A stretch of DNA of 63,871 nt, counting the filler. It is 13 parts of 13 records of this genome, joined end to end, with 100 filler letters (N's around TTAATTAATTAA, not from the genome) between each part and the next. Parts side by side here need not be neighbours in the genome. Positions count along the whole stretch, not along the records: positions 1 to 4,063 come from SRR15195285_4093; positions 4,164 to 10,260 come from SRR15195285_4098; 11 more parts are not named here. One strand, 5' to 3'. Shown here piece after piece: positions 1-10,360 of this stretch. The translations under genes and the position numbers were made by a program. Under the pieces are notes generated by a model that saw only the letters and a program-made list of their open reading frames with translations, made no database searches and was not told the origin of the DNA. Positions within the stretch are counted from its first letter, which is position 1. Every line of letters starts with the position of its first letter.

Positions 1-62
1 TTCTCAGTGCGTTTTCCGTACTCCCAACGTTGGCATCCACGTGGCCGAATGGGCGCCCAGTG

Positions 63-2181
63 ATGGGCGCGCAGGTGAGCCGCTGCCGGGCGCCGAAGAG
101 CGAGCCAGTGGCGGTGGCGCTGCCCAGCCCGGACCCTCGGCTGCAGCTGTGGGCGGCGGCGGCCGCGAGGCACGAGGCGAAGTAAGCTCGTGGCATTATT
201 GAGCTTCTTTTGTTTCTTCGCTGTGCTGCGTCGGCTTCTCTGGCCAGCTGAGCAGGTGGTTTGGTTGGAGCAGGAGTGGCGCGGACGCAGGTGAGACGCT
301 CAGGGCGCGGGCGAATCTGGCGAAAGCGCTGCGGAAGACCGGTAATCGCATGCCCTTGTCTGGCTTGCGTACATTGTGCTGTGGTCATCTCGTTTTCGAC
401 ATTTTCTACAGCATTTTCGACATATTTGCATACATCTCAGCGACCGGGGCTGTCGTGCTGGAGCAGGTGCGGTGGGCGAGGCCCGGGCGTTGCTCGAGGA
501 TGTGCTGGAGCGGCAGGTCAAATCGCAGGGCGAGGGGAGCGATGATGTGCTGCAGACACAGCAGAGTCTAGCGAGCCTGCTGATCGAGGAGCGTGCGCAG
601 CGACGGCGGCTCGGCCTTACACTGCCAGCCGATGCTAAGCCGTTGGTCGACAGCGTCGTCGCCAAGAAGAAGCGCGCGCTGGCCGGTGAGCTGAAGGCCC
701 AGGGCGATAAGCACATGACGAGCGGCGACGCTGGCGCTGGTGGCGACGCACGGTCTGCTTTAGCCGCGTACACAGAGGCAGCGAACCTGTACGCCCGCGC
801 GCTCGAGCTGGACCCGGAAAACGAGGAGCTTCCACCTCTGCAGACGCTGGCTAAGCGCAAGGCCAAGGCAGAGAGCGACGACGCTGAGCAGGACGGGGAG
901 GGCGAGCTTGGAGAAGCCGGAACGGTGCCATGGGTGAGGTCGAAGGTAGATCCGCTCACCGAGGGGTTGGGAGACTACGAAGCCGCACGGCCGCTTGAAG
1001 AGGCAGTAGCCACAGGCTTTGCTTCTAAATTTGGATCCAACGATGAGCGCACAGTTCAGGCCCGCATGCAACTGGCTCGCACTTTGCGGCGGCTTGGCCA
1101 GCATGCGGCTGCACGCCCTGAGTACGAGGCCGTGCTGGCAGCCAAAGGTGATGCGGATGGCGAGTTCGCTGTACAGCGTACAAGCCGTGTGATCGCTCAG
1201 GCTAATCTGGCGGAGCTCTTATACGAGAATCTCGGCGAGCATGAAGAGGGCCTGCGGCTCATGCAGGAGGTGGTAGAGACGTGGAATGTGGAGTTGGGGG
1301 CGGCGCATACCGAAACAAAGCTCCACGCGGCAACACTCGCGCGATGGCAAGCGATGACGCCCTTGAAGCCTGGCGCGGCGCTTGCTGCTGCGCAAGCACA
1401 ACTTGGCGGGTCGTCCTCGGTGGTTGCCGTCTGTGTGGAGGGGTTGCCTTCGCTCCCGGATTACAACGGCGTGTTTCTCCCTGTCGATGAGAGCCAGCAG
1501 AAAGGCTGGCCGCGGTTCGAGAGCTCGGAAGGCAAGCACCTGTTCCGAAACGTGGAGAACGGGCTGTGGGTGCTACGGGACGAGTTCGAGTACGATGCTG
1601 CAGATGCAGAGGCATTTATCACAGCGGCGAATGGTCTCTTGCCAGAAGGAGTGCGTTTATGGACGGTTGCAGATGCCAAACCGCAAGTAGTGGACGATCT
1701 GGCTGGGCCTACCCGCCGCAGAGCACGCGAAGATGAGAACTGGAAGACGCGCCCTGTTACAATCACTTTGCTACAGTCGGACGCATCGTTGCATACCGAG
1801 ACTGAGAGATTACAGGTGCTGCGGCAGTCGCTGCACGAAGAACGTGCGAAGGCCGAGGAGGAGGCTCGGGCAGGACGCTTCCTCTACGTGAGAGATATCT
1901 TCGCCATGTTCGACGAAGATCGGGACGGGATCCTTAGTGCCAACGAATACAGGGCGTATCTCGCAGGTCTGGGGCGCGTATATAGCGATGACAGCTCCTT
2001 TGAGGAGCGATGGCGACGCGACTGCGAGGCCACTGGGTGCACAAAACCAGAAGCCAGTGGCATTTCCTGGGACGCTTTTGAGGGCGTTGTGTACGGAAAT
2101 TTTCGCACGGACAAGGCACAGCTGGACCTTGAGATGTGTAAGAAAGCACGCCCAGACTTGGTGCTAGAAGAGCCGGGGTGA
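63..2181 (+). CDS. Putatively N-myristoylated TPR (kinesin-light-chain-like) protein with C-terminal EF-hand; exons 63-181, 274-341, 467-2181
   Basis: GT-AG introns 182-273 and 342-466 splice in phase to give MGAQVSRC... (MGxxxS motif). TPR-like repeats include ETLRARANLAKALRKTG and RTVQARMQLARTLRRLG. EF-hand: DEDRDGILSANE. Confidence 0.75.
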
Positions 2182-2297
2182 TCCACTCCTGCAGCTGTGC
2201 CACAGCAAGCAATGATGACTCAAGTTCCAAATCCTCGCGTTTACTTCCATTCCACGTAGCACGCGGTCAGCACTAAACAAGACGATTCGGGCCCGAG

Positions 2298-3917
2298 CTA
2301 TGAGGACGAGCTTGATGAGGATGAGGACGACGAGGAACCTTTCGAGGAGCGTTGGCGCTTCGCTCGCTTCTCTGCCCTCTTCCGCTCTCGCTTTCGCTTG
2401 CGCTTCTCCTTGCGCTCTTTCTTCTTCGCATGCCGCGCCTTGACATAGAACCTGCGCAGGACCTGCTCATCTGGGAGCCTGCGCTCGCTACTGCCGTTGC
2501 TATCGCGACCAGATCCCGCCTGCTGCGCCCACAGCGAGGCGCCGCCAGGCATTTTCTGTGTGAAATCAAGTGCAAAATCGATGCACTGTCCGTAGCGCTC
2601 TGGATCTTCTGCCAGCCGCCAGAGCCATTTCGCCGCCAATCGCGGACGGCTCTTGACAGTTTCTCCCCAGACGAGCTGAAAGTTGGATTTAGAGGAGAAG
2701 TTTTGCGTCACGGCTACAGTCGTATCTAGGTTGGTAACCACATGCCACCACTCTCCAGGGACGAACACCGTCTCTCCGGGCCGCTGCACGAAGTCGATGC
2801 GCTTGCTCGCGACTTCTGGATGGTTGCGAATCAACGACGGCAGGATTTCCTGAAACCACGAGATCGCCTCGCGATCCACACCCTTATAGTCGTCGGGCTT
2901 AAGAAGGTGCCGCGAGGTGCCCGGCGGAAAGAGACACCAGCGCTTGTGGCCCTGGGCAAGCATGTTCCATGCGGAGGTGCCCAGCGGATCGGTGTGGATG
3001 CCGGTGCCCGATCGCGGCGGTCCAATCATGAACCAGCGCCACGGCGGCCGCCGCTTGCTCCCAACGAGCTTGAAGAGGTCGTCGCAAAAGTATGAACTGC
3101 GCGCAGAGCAGGCGGCACAGCGAGGCCATCAGAGCGAGGCAATGCCCAGCAGATCCACCGCGCGCCAGCGGAGTGGCGGGAGCGCAATCTTACGGAAGCC
3201 GGTAGTCGTTCAGCAGCGACTTCCCATCACCGCGGTCGCCGAAGCGGCTGTCGAACACGTAGAGCGGCGAGTCGTCCACCTTGCCCTCGGTCGCGCAGTA
3301 CTCCATGAAGTGCTTCAGCTTCACGCGCTCCGGATACCCTTCGTCGTCCTCGCCGCACTTGAACTTCATCTCGGCGTACTTTTGCAGCAGGCTCTGCGCT
3401 GTCCAATGCTGGGCCGGCGTGCCCTCAGCGAACCCATCGATCACCACTGGGCGCGCTGGGACCTCGAACCGCTCGTAGAACTCCTCCGCCGTCACATCGC
3501 GGCAGTGGATGCGCTCCAAATTGTCCAGCTCCCGCGGCAGCGCCGGCGCTCCTGCTCCGACCAAACCACCTCCTGCTCAGGTGCCCAGCGAGCTGACGCG
3601 GCAAGCAACAGGCAAGCGAAAGCGCCCCGTCCCGCTGGAGCGACCAGGGAGCTGGAGCGACCAGGGAGCTGGCAGCTGAGCGGCAAATGCAGCGAGCAAG
3701 CTCTTGCCAAGACCTCAAATGGAGCTGCAACGGAGCTGCTGCTGCCGGGTGGCATTTGCAGCGGGACAGGAGCTGGCGCACCGGGGCGCCAGTAGCCACG
3801 CCGCGACCAGGAAGCCGGCTTGAGCTCCGATCGGATCTCCTTCTTCGCCTTGTGGATCGCCTCAGCGCACTCCGCAGAGATCCCGCTCTCCAGCCACCCA
3901 GACGCCTCCCCACCCAT
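2298..3917 (-). CDS. JMJD6: JmjC-domain arginine demethylase/lysyl hydroxylase JMJD6 (PSR); exons 3917-3782, 3551-3194, 3096-2298
   Basis: Motifs [46 protein letters not shown] and [15 protein letters not shown]. Basic NLS plus poly-Ser tail. Two GT-AG introns keep the frame. Confidence 0.95.
3634..3672. repeat. Short tandem duplication (GCTGGAGCGACCAGGGA x2) inside JMJD6 intron 1
   Basis: Directly visible 17-nt unit repeated twice plus a partial copy. Confidence 0.85.
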
Positions 3918-4063
3918 GCCAGTGGCTGGAAGATCTGACCGAAGCAACTGCAGCGATACGACGCAAGATCTGACTGTGTGGGAGGGACTGTTAATGCTCT
4001 CGCTGCAGTCAATTGTATGGGAGGCCCAGAAACAGGGCGACCAGTCCTCACCAGTCAATAGTA

Positions 4064-4163
4064 NNNNNNNNNNNNNNNNNNNNNNNNNNNNNNNNNNNNN
4101 NNNNNNNTTAATTAATTAANNNNNNNNNNNNNNNNNNNNNNNNNNNNNNNNNNNNNNNNNNNN
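4064..4163. other. Artificial contig spacer N44-TTAATTAATTAA-N44 (first of 12)
   Basis: The same 100-nt linker, with stops in all six frames, occurs at 4064-4163, 10261-10360, 15561-15660, 20321-20420, 25292-25391, 29448-29547, 37222-37321, 40901-41000, 44499-44598, 49318-49417, 52736-52835 and 57924-58023. Confidence 0.99.
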
Positions 4164-4432
4164 TGCAGTCTCATCGACACCGCTGGCACGCAAGATTGCG
4201 ATGAGCGAGCGACGTCGACCCGCGCCGGCCGGATCGCCGGCGTGAACCTCTGCGCCGCCTGCTGCTCGCCCAGCACCGGAGCGAGGCGCAAACGAAGGGT
4301 GCCGCGGGCGGAGGAGCACGCCAGCAGGTGAAAGCGCATCGAGGCAGGCAGAGCCGTCGACCCTCACGGTGCCAGATTGCCAATCCTCTCGCTCTCGAAC
4401 TTGTGTGTCTGCTGGAGGCCTCGCAGTCGATC

Positions 4433-5874
4433 ATGCCGGCGGCGTCAACGACATCGAGCACACGTAGCATTACCGAGGCGGACATCCGCATGTTCCGTGA
4501 CGACGGCTACTGCATCTGCCCTAACTTCTTCAGCGAGTGAGTGTGGCTGTGCAGCTACACATGTTCCTCCCTTTGTATCTGCGCCTACCCTGAATCGACG
4601 TGGTAGCACAAGGTTTTCCAATCAGCACGTGAGAGCAGCCAGCTGACCACGCGTAAAAATCCACTAAATTCGTCATCCCGGGTGTACACGTCTGGGTGTA
4701 GGTCCGAGGCGGAGGCGATGCGGCGTACCGTTCAATCTTTCAAGCGCGAGGGCTTCCTCCACGATCAGTCGGTGACTGATTCAGCCCAAAACTATCAGAT
4801 GCACTTCCTCTCTGAGGTGTCAACACTGTGGAGAGCGCTGCCGTGGGAGGACCGTGTGATGAATGCTGTCACGCGGCTTCTGGACACCCCGAATATCGAG
4901 GTCCACCTCGACCAAGTAGGTTGAGCGGCGGTCCTGCCTACAGCAACTTCCACAGCCTATATCTGCAAGCGTGTGGTGCCTTGGTCTCACTTAAGCGAAT
5001 GCCCATTGTTGCCGCCGCGTAGATGTTTTTGAAGCCCCCCCACAAAGGGCTCGGGACTGCGTTTCACCAAGACAACGGCTGTGCGCCATCAATCCTGCTG
5101 GCAGATCTCTACTATTTTTTTGAGCTGAGGGTGCTAAATCGGCTTTTGTGGGGGTTCACGCGGCGCGTGCACGCGCTGAAATGTTTCGTAGATTTCGGGA
5201 TCAGTGACCCTCTCAAAGGAACGGGGATGTGGATCGCGGTCGATCCCGCCACGGAAGAGAACGGAACGATGAGTGTCGTACCGAAAAGCCACCGTGGGCC
5301 AACACTCGAGCATCGCCGGTGCCTGACCACTCTCTATGCTCACTCTTGCATTACGAGCTAGAAAGGTAGAGTATGTTATCTTAACCGACTAACTGTAGAC
5401 ACGGAACGGGTTAGGCACAACGAGGTCGAGCAGTTGATCACATGCGTCGATGAGATCGACGAGTCGGCGGCAGTCCCGTGCGTGCTGGAGCCAGGAGGTG
5501 TCGTATTCTTTTGCTACGGCATCGTGCATGGGACAGGTTTCAATCTTTCGCCCCACGAGCGCTCCGGCGTAGCCTACCATTTTGTGAGCTCTGACCATGT
5601 CCAGCATCAGGCCAAAGATGGTACCGATCAGCATCGGCAGCTCACGGGGGTATCGCGAGGTGGTTGGGTGGCGGATGGTGGGCGACGTGAGTATGGGCAG
5701 TCTATGGAGGGAAAGTGGCACGCAGCCGTCGATGAAATCTTGCAAGGTGGGCGTGATCAACCGACAGATGCCGAGCTAGGCAGGCTGGCACCGCGTGAGT
5801 TTTTTGTCAAGCAACAGGAGAGTTACCGAATCAGAAACGCCGCGAGCGGCAGGGCCCCAAGCAGCTCGTTGTGA
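4433..5874 (+). CDS. Phytanoyl-CoA dioxygenase (PhyH)-family Fe(II)/2OG dioxygenase; exons 4433-4536, 4702-4915, 5023-5080, 5192-5318, 5415-5874
   Basis: Motifs FRDDGY, MFLKPP, HQDNGYF (after splicing), WIAVDPATEENGTM and PGGVVFF..IVHGTGFN..R. Four GT-AG introns in compatible phase. Confidence 0.88.
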
Positions 5875-6044
5875 AGCCTCGCCCCGTATGCGAGAAAATG
5901 CGATGTTATTGATCGAATGATACGGGGTGAGATGCCTAGGATTAATCTTTCGTTCGTCCTTGCGACGCCTCCTCTTGCTCGGAATCAGCTGGTTTGCCCA
6001 TTGGGCCTGGATATGGCAGAGACACAACGCGTTAGCCTTTCATG

Positions 6045-6458
6045 CTACCCTGCTGTAGACAGGGCGTGTTCCGCACGCGAGGGCGTTGCAGACTCACCGT
6101 TCCATAGGCTCGCCAGCGGGTTGAAGCTCGACAGTCCAAGGTCCACAGACGACGGATTTTTGAACCCTGCGGGGGCTTGGTCGATTGCGCCTTGAACGAT
6201 CCCGAACTTGCAGTCCGTCCACGCCTGGTGGATCACACTGCAGTGTGCTGCCATCCGCTCCGGCCGTGCGCAAGCTTTTAGCGCGGCCTTGCCACCGAGC
6301 TGCTTCTCCGACTCGCGGAAGCACTCGCTATTGATAATACAGCCAACCCATTCATCCCAAAGCTTGTCCAGGTTGCACGGTGGTCGCGCGGTGGCAGAAG
6401 GTGCATCGCCGCCGGGCGAAGCTGCCGCTCCAGCTGCCGCCGACTGCGAGCTGGCCAT
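6045..6458 (-). CDS. COA5: Cytochrome c oxidase assembly factor PET191/COA5-like
   Basis: 137 aa with the six-Cys pattern C..(11)..CIINSEC..C..C..AWTDCKFGIV typical of Pet191. Confidence 0.7.
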   Translation of the reverse strand: MASSQSAAAGAAASPGGDAPSATARPPCNLDKLWDEWVGCIINSECFRESEKQLGGKAALKACARPERMAAHCSVIHQAWTDCKFGIVQGAIDQAPAGFKNPSSVDLGLSSFNPLASLWNGESATPSRAEHALSTAG

Positions 6459-7342
6459 AACTCTGAGTTCGCACCACCAGTATCTACTAGGTGATCTGAC
6501 TGAATCGACGTCCCGGTGCTCGGCTCAGCGTGCTCGGAGACTCGGAGTCACCATATACAGCTGTCAGCGGATGCCGACCTGGCCATGTTTCTTGCAGACA
6601 ACTTGCCGGCAGCCGTGCCAGCGTAGTTATGGTACTAGTACCTCTAGGTAGCCTAACTAGCTACACTAGTCGCTGAGCATGATACATCGCGGCTTCGACC
6701 CCCGGGAGAGCGGCGGGGTTGCTTCGCAGCAGCGCCACGCAGGCCGCCGGGTACGCGACGGCGGAGTGGATGCATACATGCCGCATACGTATAGTCGTAT
6801 ACATATGCCCACGCCACACGCGCACACGCGCGCGCGCGCCGGTGGCGGCGCGCGAGAATTTCCGGGTAGCGATATATACGATCTATCATATGAGAATATG
6901 CAAGTTCATATCGATACCGGCAAGAGTATGACAGTATGTACATGTACTAGACTAGTACATGTACGACATTGTACGTTGTATACCGTGTGTACACCCATTC
7001 ATGCGTACATACTAGTACCTCAGGTACAGCAGTCGATTTGTCGAATGTGCGGCGCGTGCGATCAGACAACCGGGTGGTGCACAGTGCCCAGGTCGTGCGA
7101 GCTCTCGTGCTACAAACTCGCATTAATCAGAACATATTTCCAACCCGCCCTTGAGGATCGTGAATACATGTAACGAAAACAAGTGGCACAGGTCTGCTCT
7201 AGACTTGGCAAGGGTGATCGGGGACGACGAGACTGCCAAGCTGCTCGAAACGCATGCAGCTGAACACCTTGCTGATGACTTTACGTGGTACGAAGAATGG
7301 TATCATGTTCTGAAAACATCGCGTACCCAAACAATTACTGCT

Positions 7343-10006
7343 TTACCACATAAATCGCGCCGTCGAACCGTCTGGCCATTGAAACGGCCTAATGATGGCA
7401 GTGAATGCTGGCAATTTAGCGAGGTCCTAGAAACAGGCAAATCAATTCAAATGGGCACTCAGTCTGGGTACATACCTTGCCACGAACAGATAGAGCGTGC
7501 CGATGTTGATCAGTGCGTTGAGCACCAAGGGCATCGGGAAACCCGGGGCGCTGGTCGCTTTGGCGAAAGCTGGGGAATGAAGCGCAGCTATGGTAAATGG
7601 TAGCACAAAGTATCTAGACAATCCACACGCACGCGCACACGCGCAAACACATACACTGCAGCGTGAGTGATGGGCACGTCAAAATCAATTGTGAAGCCTG
7701 AGTACACTGACTCGCACGAAACGCACCGCCCCTCCAGCAACTCAGCAGGAACAAGTACAAGTGCCGTGCAAACGATATACAGAATCAGCCTGTCCCGAAG
7801 ACCACCGTCCGCAAACGCAGTTGGCAAACACTCTCCAATGCACTGCACACTGACGCTAGCCAGAAGCACAACTGTTGTGAGACTCGATGCTGTCTGTGGT
7901 AGGATTACCATAGCGGGTGTTTCATCCTAACTTCCGCCGTGTAGAGGTCAAAGCCGACACACCAGCCAACCGCGAGATAGATCGGACAAAAGAGGTAGCG
8001 CAGCATTGATCCAACCGTGCCCTGTCGGCGAAAGAATAGCTTCCATACGTCTGTCGCACAGGCATGCACAGACGTGCACAGACGAGACCAAGTTATACCA
8101 GTGTAAATCTCTACTGAAGCAAATTACAAGCTAAGTGCTTGTTCCTGAAGTACAAATGGGTAGAAGTTGTGCCAGATGCAAAAAACGATGAAGCAGATTG
8201 TGGCGCACAGAATGTGTAGTGTCGATTGTCAGCAAGCAGGTACTTGTGAGCAAAGCTGTGGAAGTGCACCGCGTAGAGCAGAGCACCCAAAGAGCACAAC
8301 CCGCCTGCAATGAGTACGAAACGATGGGTTGTGCGTTTTGCCCTGCAGTGACATGCATCAGCATGACTGCCATGTCAGCAGCACATATTGAGCGGCATAG
8401 GGTCTGGCAACTACCTCGGATCAACTCACCAGAGCTCCGTAGCCCCTCGAAGTCCGCCACAAACCAGCTGATACGGCGCGAGCAGCCCAAACGTGAAGAC
8501 CGCGAAGTATGCGAGTTGTGGAAAGTGAAGTACAGGGGCATGGGCAGTGCGATCGCCTATCACAACTCCGCCATTGATCTTACGCACGCAACAAAAAAGT
8601 GGAGATAAGTCAGCTGAAAGGCGTCAGCTAAGCCCATCAACAATCGATGAATGGATGACATGTAACAGCTGCAAACGGCTGTGGCAGCATCGACTGCTCG
8701 CAAAAGGCACGGGACAGTTCTTAGACGCCCCGGTACTTACCAGCAGAAAAGCGACAAAGGCCCCAGCAAGTATCATATACGGCAAAGTCGCTAGAGCTAG
8801 CTGCCCGCAAATGTTCCACCCTCCGCTTAGGTACCTTTGCATCACAGCGACAATTGAGAATTCTTGGAGGGGCAAAATGTTGTGATAGTTCAGACGCACC
8901 GCCAAAGTGCACCTGCCGCTGCATGGCTCTTGACATCGGGTGACGTATCAGACTCGTTGATCATCCGCGCCATCGCTGTGCAGCAGATGAACGCACACCA
9001 TACTATATTCGTCTGTCGAAATCCCACTGCGGCGGTGCCTGCATCACATGCAGTTGAGCAACCATCTAAGCCGATCTTGACAGAGGTGCGGATGGAACTA
9101 TCGAGCTCAAATGCGTGCCTGCTAGTGCAGATAGCCAGAGCCTCCGCCGCAGCGCTAGTGCATATGCAAGAAGAACGAAACCATTCGCGCCGAGGTCTGT
9201 GTAGCTGTGCACAGTTTGACCCCAGGCCAACGCCGAGTAAGTAATGGTTTGGCAACACACTCACCGCCAGCTACATCTATTGCTATCAAAAATTGAAAAG
9301 TGTTACCACCAACGAGCTGCTCGACTTACAACAGAAAGATGAAGAAAAAGTGCAATGGACACAGCGACAGAGTTAGGGCACCCCACGTGCCGTCAACACC
9401 CACGACGGTTTGGGCGTCAGTATTGCTGGTAGGCCGAAGCGTCGGCGCTGGGGAGACACTATCGCGTCGCTTGGTCCCACGGGAAGCCTTAAGCTGCTTG
9501 AAATGAGCATAGGCTGGCTGGCGTGCACCCGACGTAGACGTTGATCGTGTCGGTTGTCGCCCAAGGCTGTCGATGATATCCGCGGAGCAGAAGAATACCA
9601 GCAGTCCGAACAGTGGATTCACTAGGCGCAGCATGGGCGCCGAACACAACCACGAGCCTGACGAGACCAAAGACTGACCGAGTAGTGCAGCAGTGGTCTG
9701 CAGTATCCCGACAGCAAACAAGTACAGACCCGGAAATGTTGTAATCATTGGATCCCAAGTCGCAAAATCACCGCCACAATACTGCTGCGTCTGCCGCACG
9801 TGAAACAACTCATCCTGTGCAGCAGAAAAAGGAGCACTCAATGCCACCTCAATTTAGCTACAGCACAGCTCACAGGCTTGGGCACAGAAGACGTCTCAGC
9901 GCACCATGTACGGCTCAGGTACCCGGGAGCTGACGAGGTGCCAGCCGGCAGCATACAGAACCGACAGCGCAGCACCGGCGACAGCTCGCGGCAGCGGCGG
10001 TGGCAT
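7343..10006 (-). CDS. ALG10: Dol-P-Glc alpha-1,2-glucosyltransferase ALG10/DIE2, multi-exon
   Basis: Exon 1 10006-9905 (..VPEPYM) joins DELFHVRQTQQYC..WDPMITTFPGLY. Further motifs: FRQTNIVW, LADNRHYTF, RYFVLPF and terminal RPFQWPDGSTARFMW* (stop 7345-7343). Internal exon boundaries were not all resolved. Confidence 0.93.
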
Positions 10007-10360
10007 TATATGTGGGTACACAGCGCTGACGGTGGCTGAGATACGTTGACTGGTCGAGTCGTCAGGCCCTGCTGGGCTCGCACTGAGCCGCTAGCGGACG
10101 CCCAGTGAGCGCCCGAGCTCCGCTGCAACTCCGCTCCGTCGCGGTCGATGGTCCGAGGCTCCGTCGTCGGTCGTCCGCCGGCGCGGGTCCCTCCTCCATC
10201 CATATGGGTCCCTCTCGCCTCTCGCTCGCGAGCGTGCGCCAAACGAGTCGATCAGACTGCNNNNNNNNNNNNNNNNNNNNNNNNNNNNNNNNNNNNNNNN
10301 NNNNTTAATTAATTAANNNNNNNNNNNNNNNNNNNNNNNNNNNNNNNNNNNNNNNNNNNN

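Noticed and set aside
274-290. Apparent 17-nt microexon ending at CAG|GTGAG
   Set aside because: Reading through to the donor at 342 adds ETLRARANLAKALRKT, which completes a TPR repeat, so the longer exon fits better.
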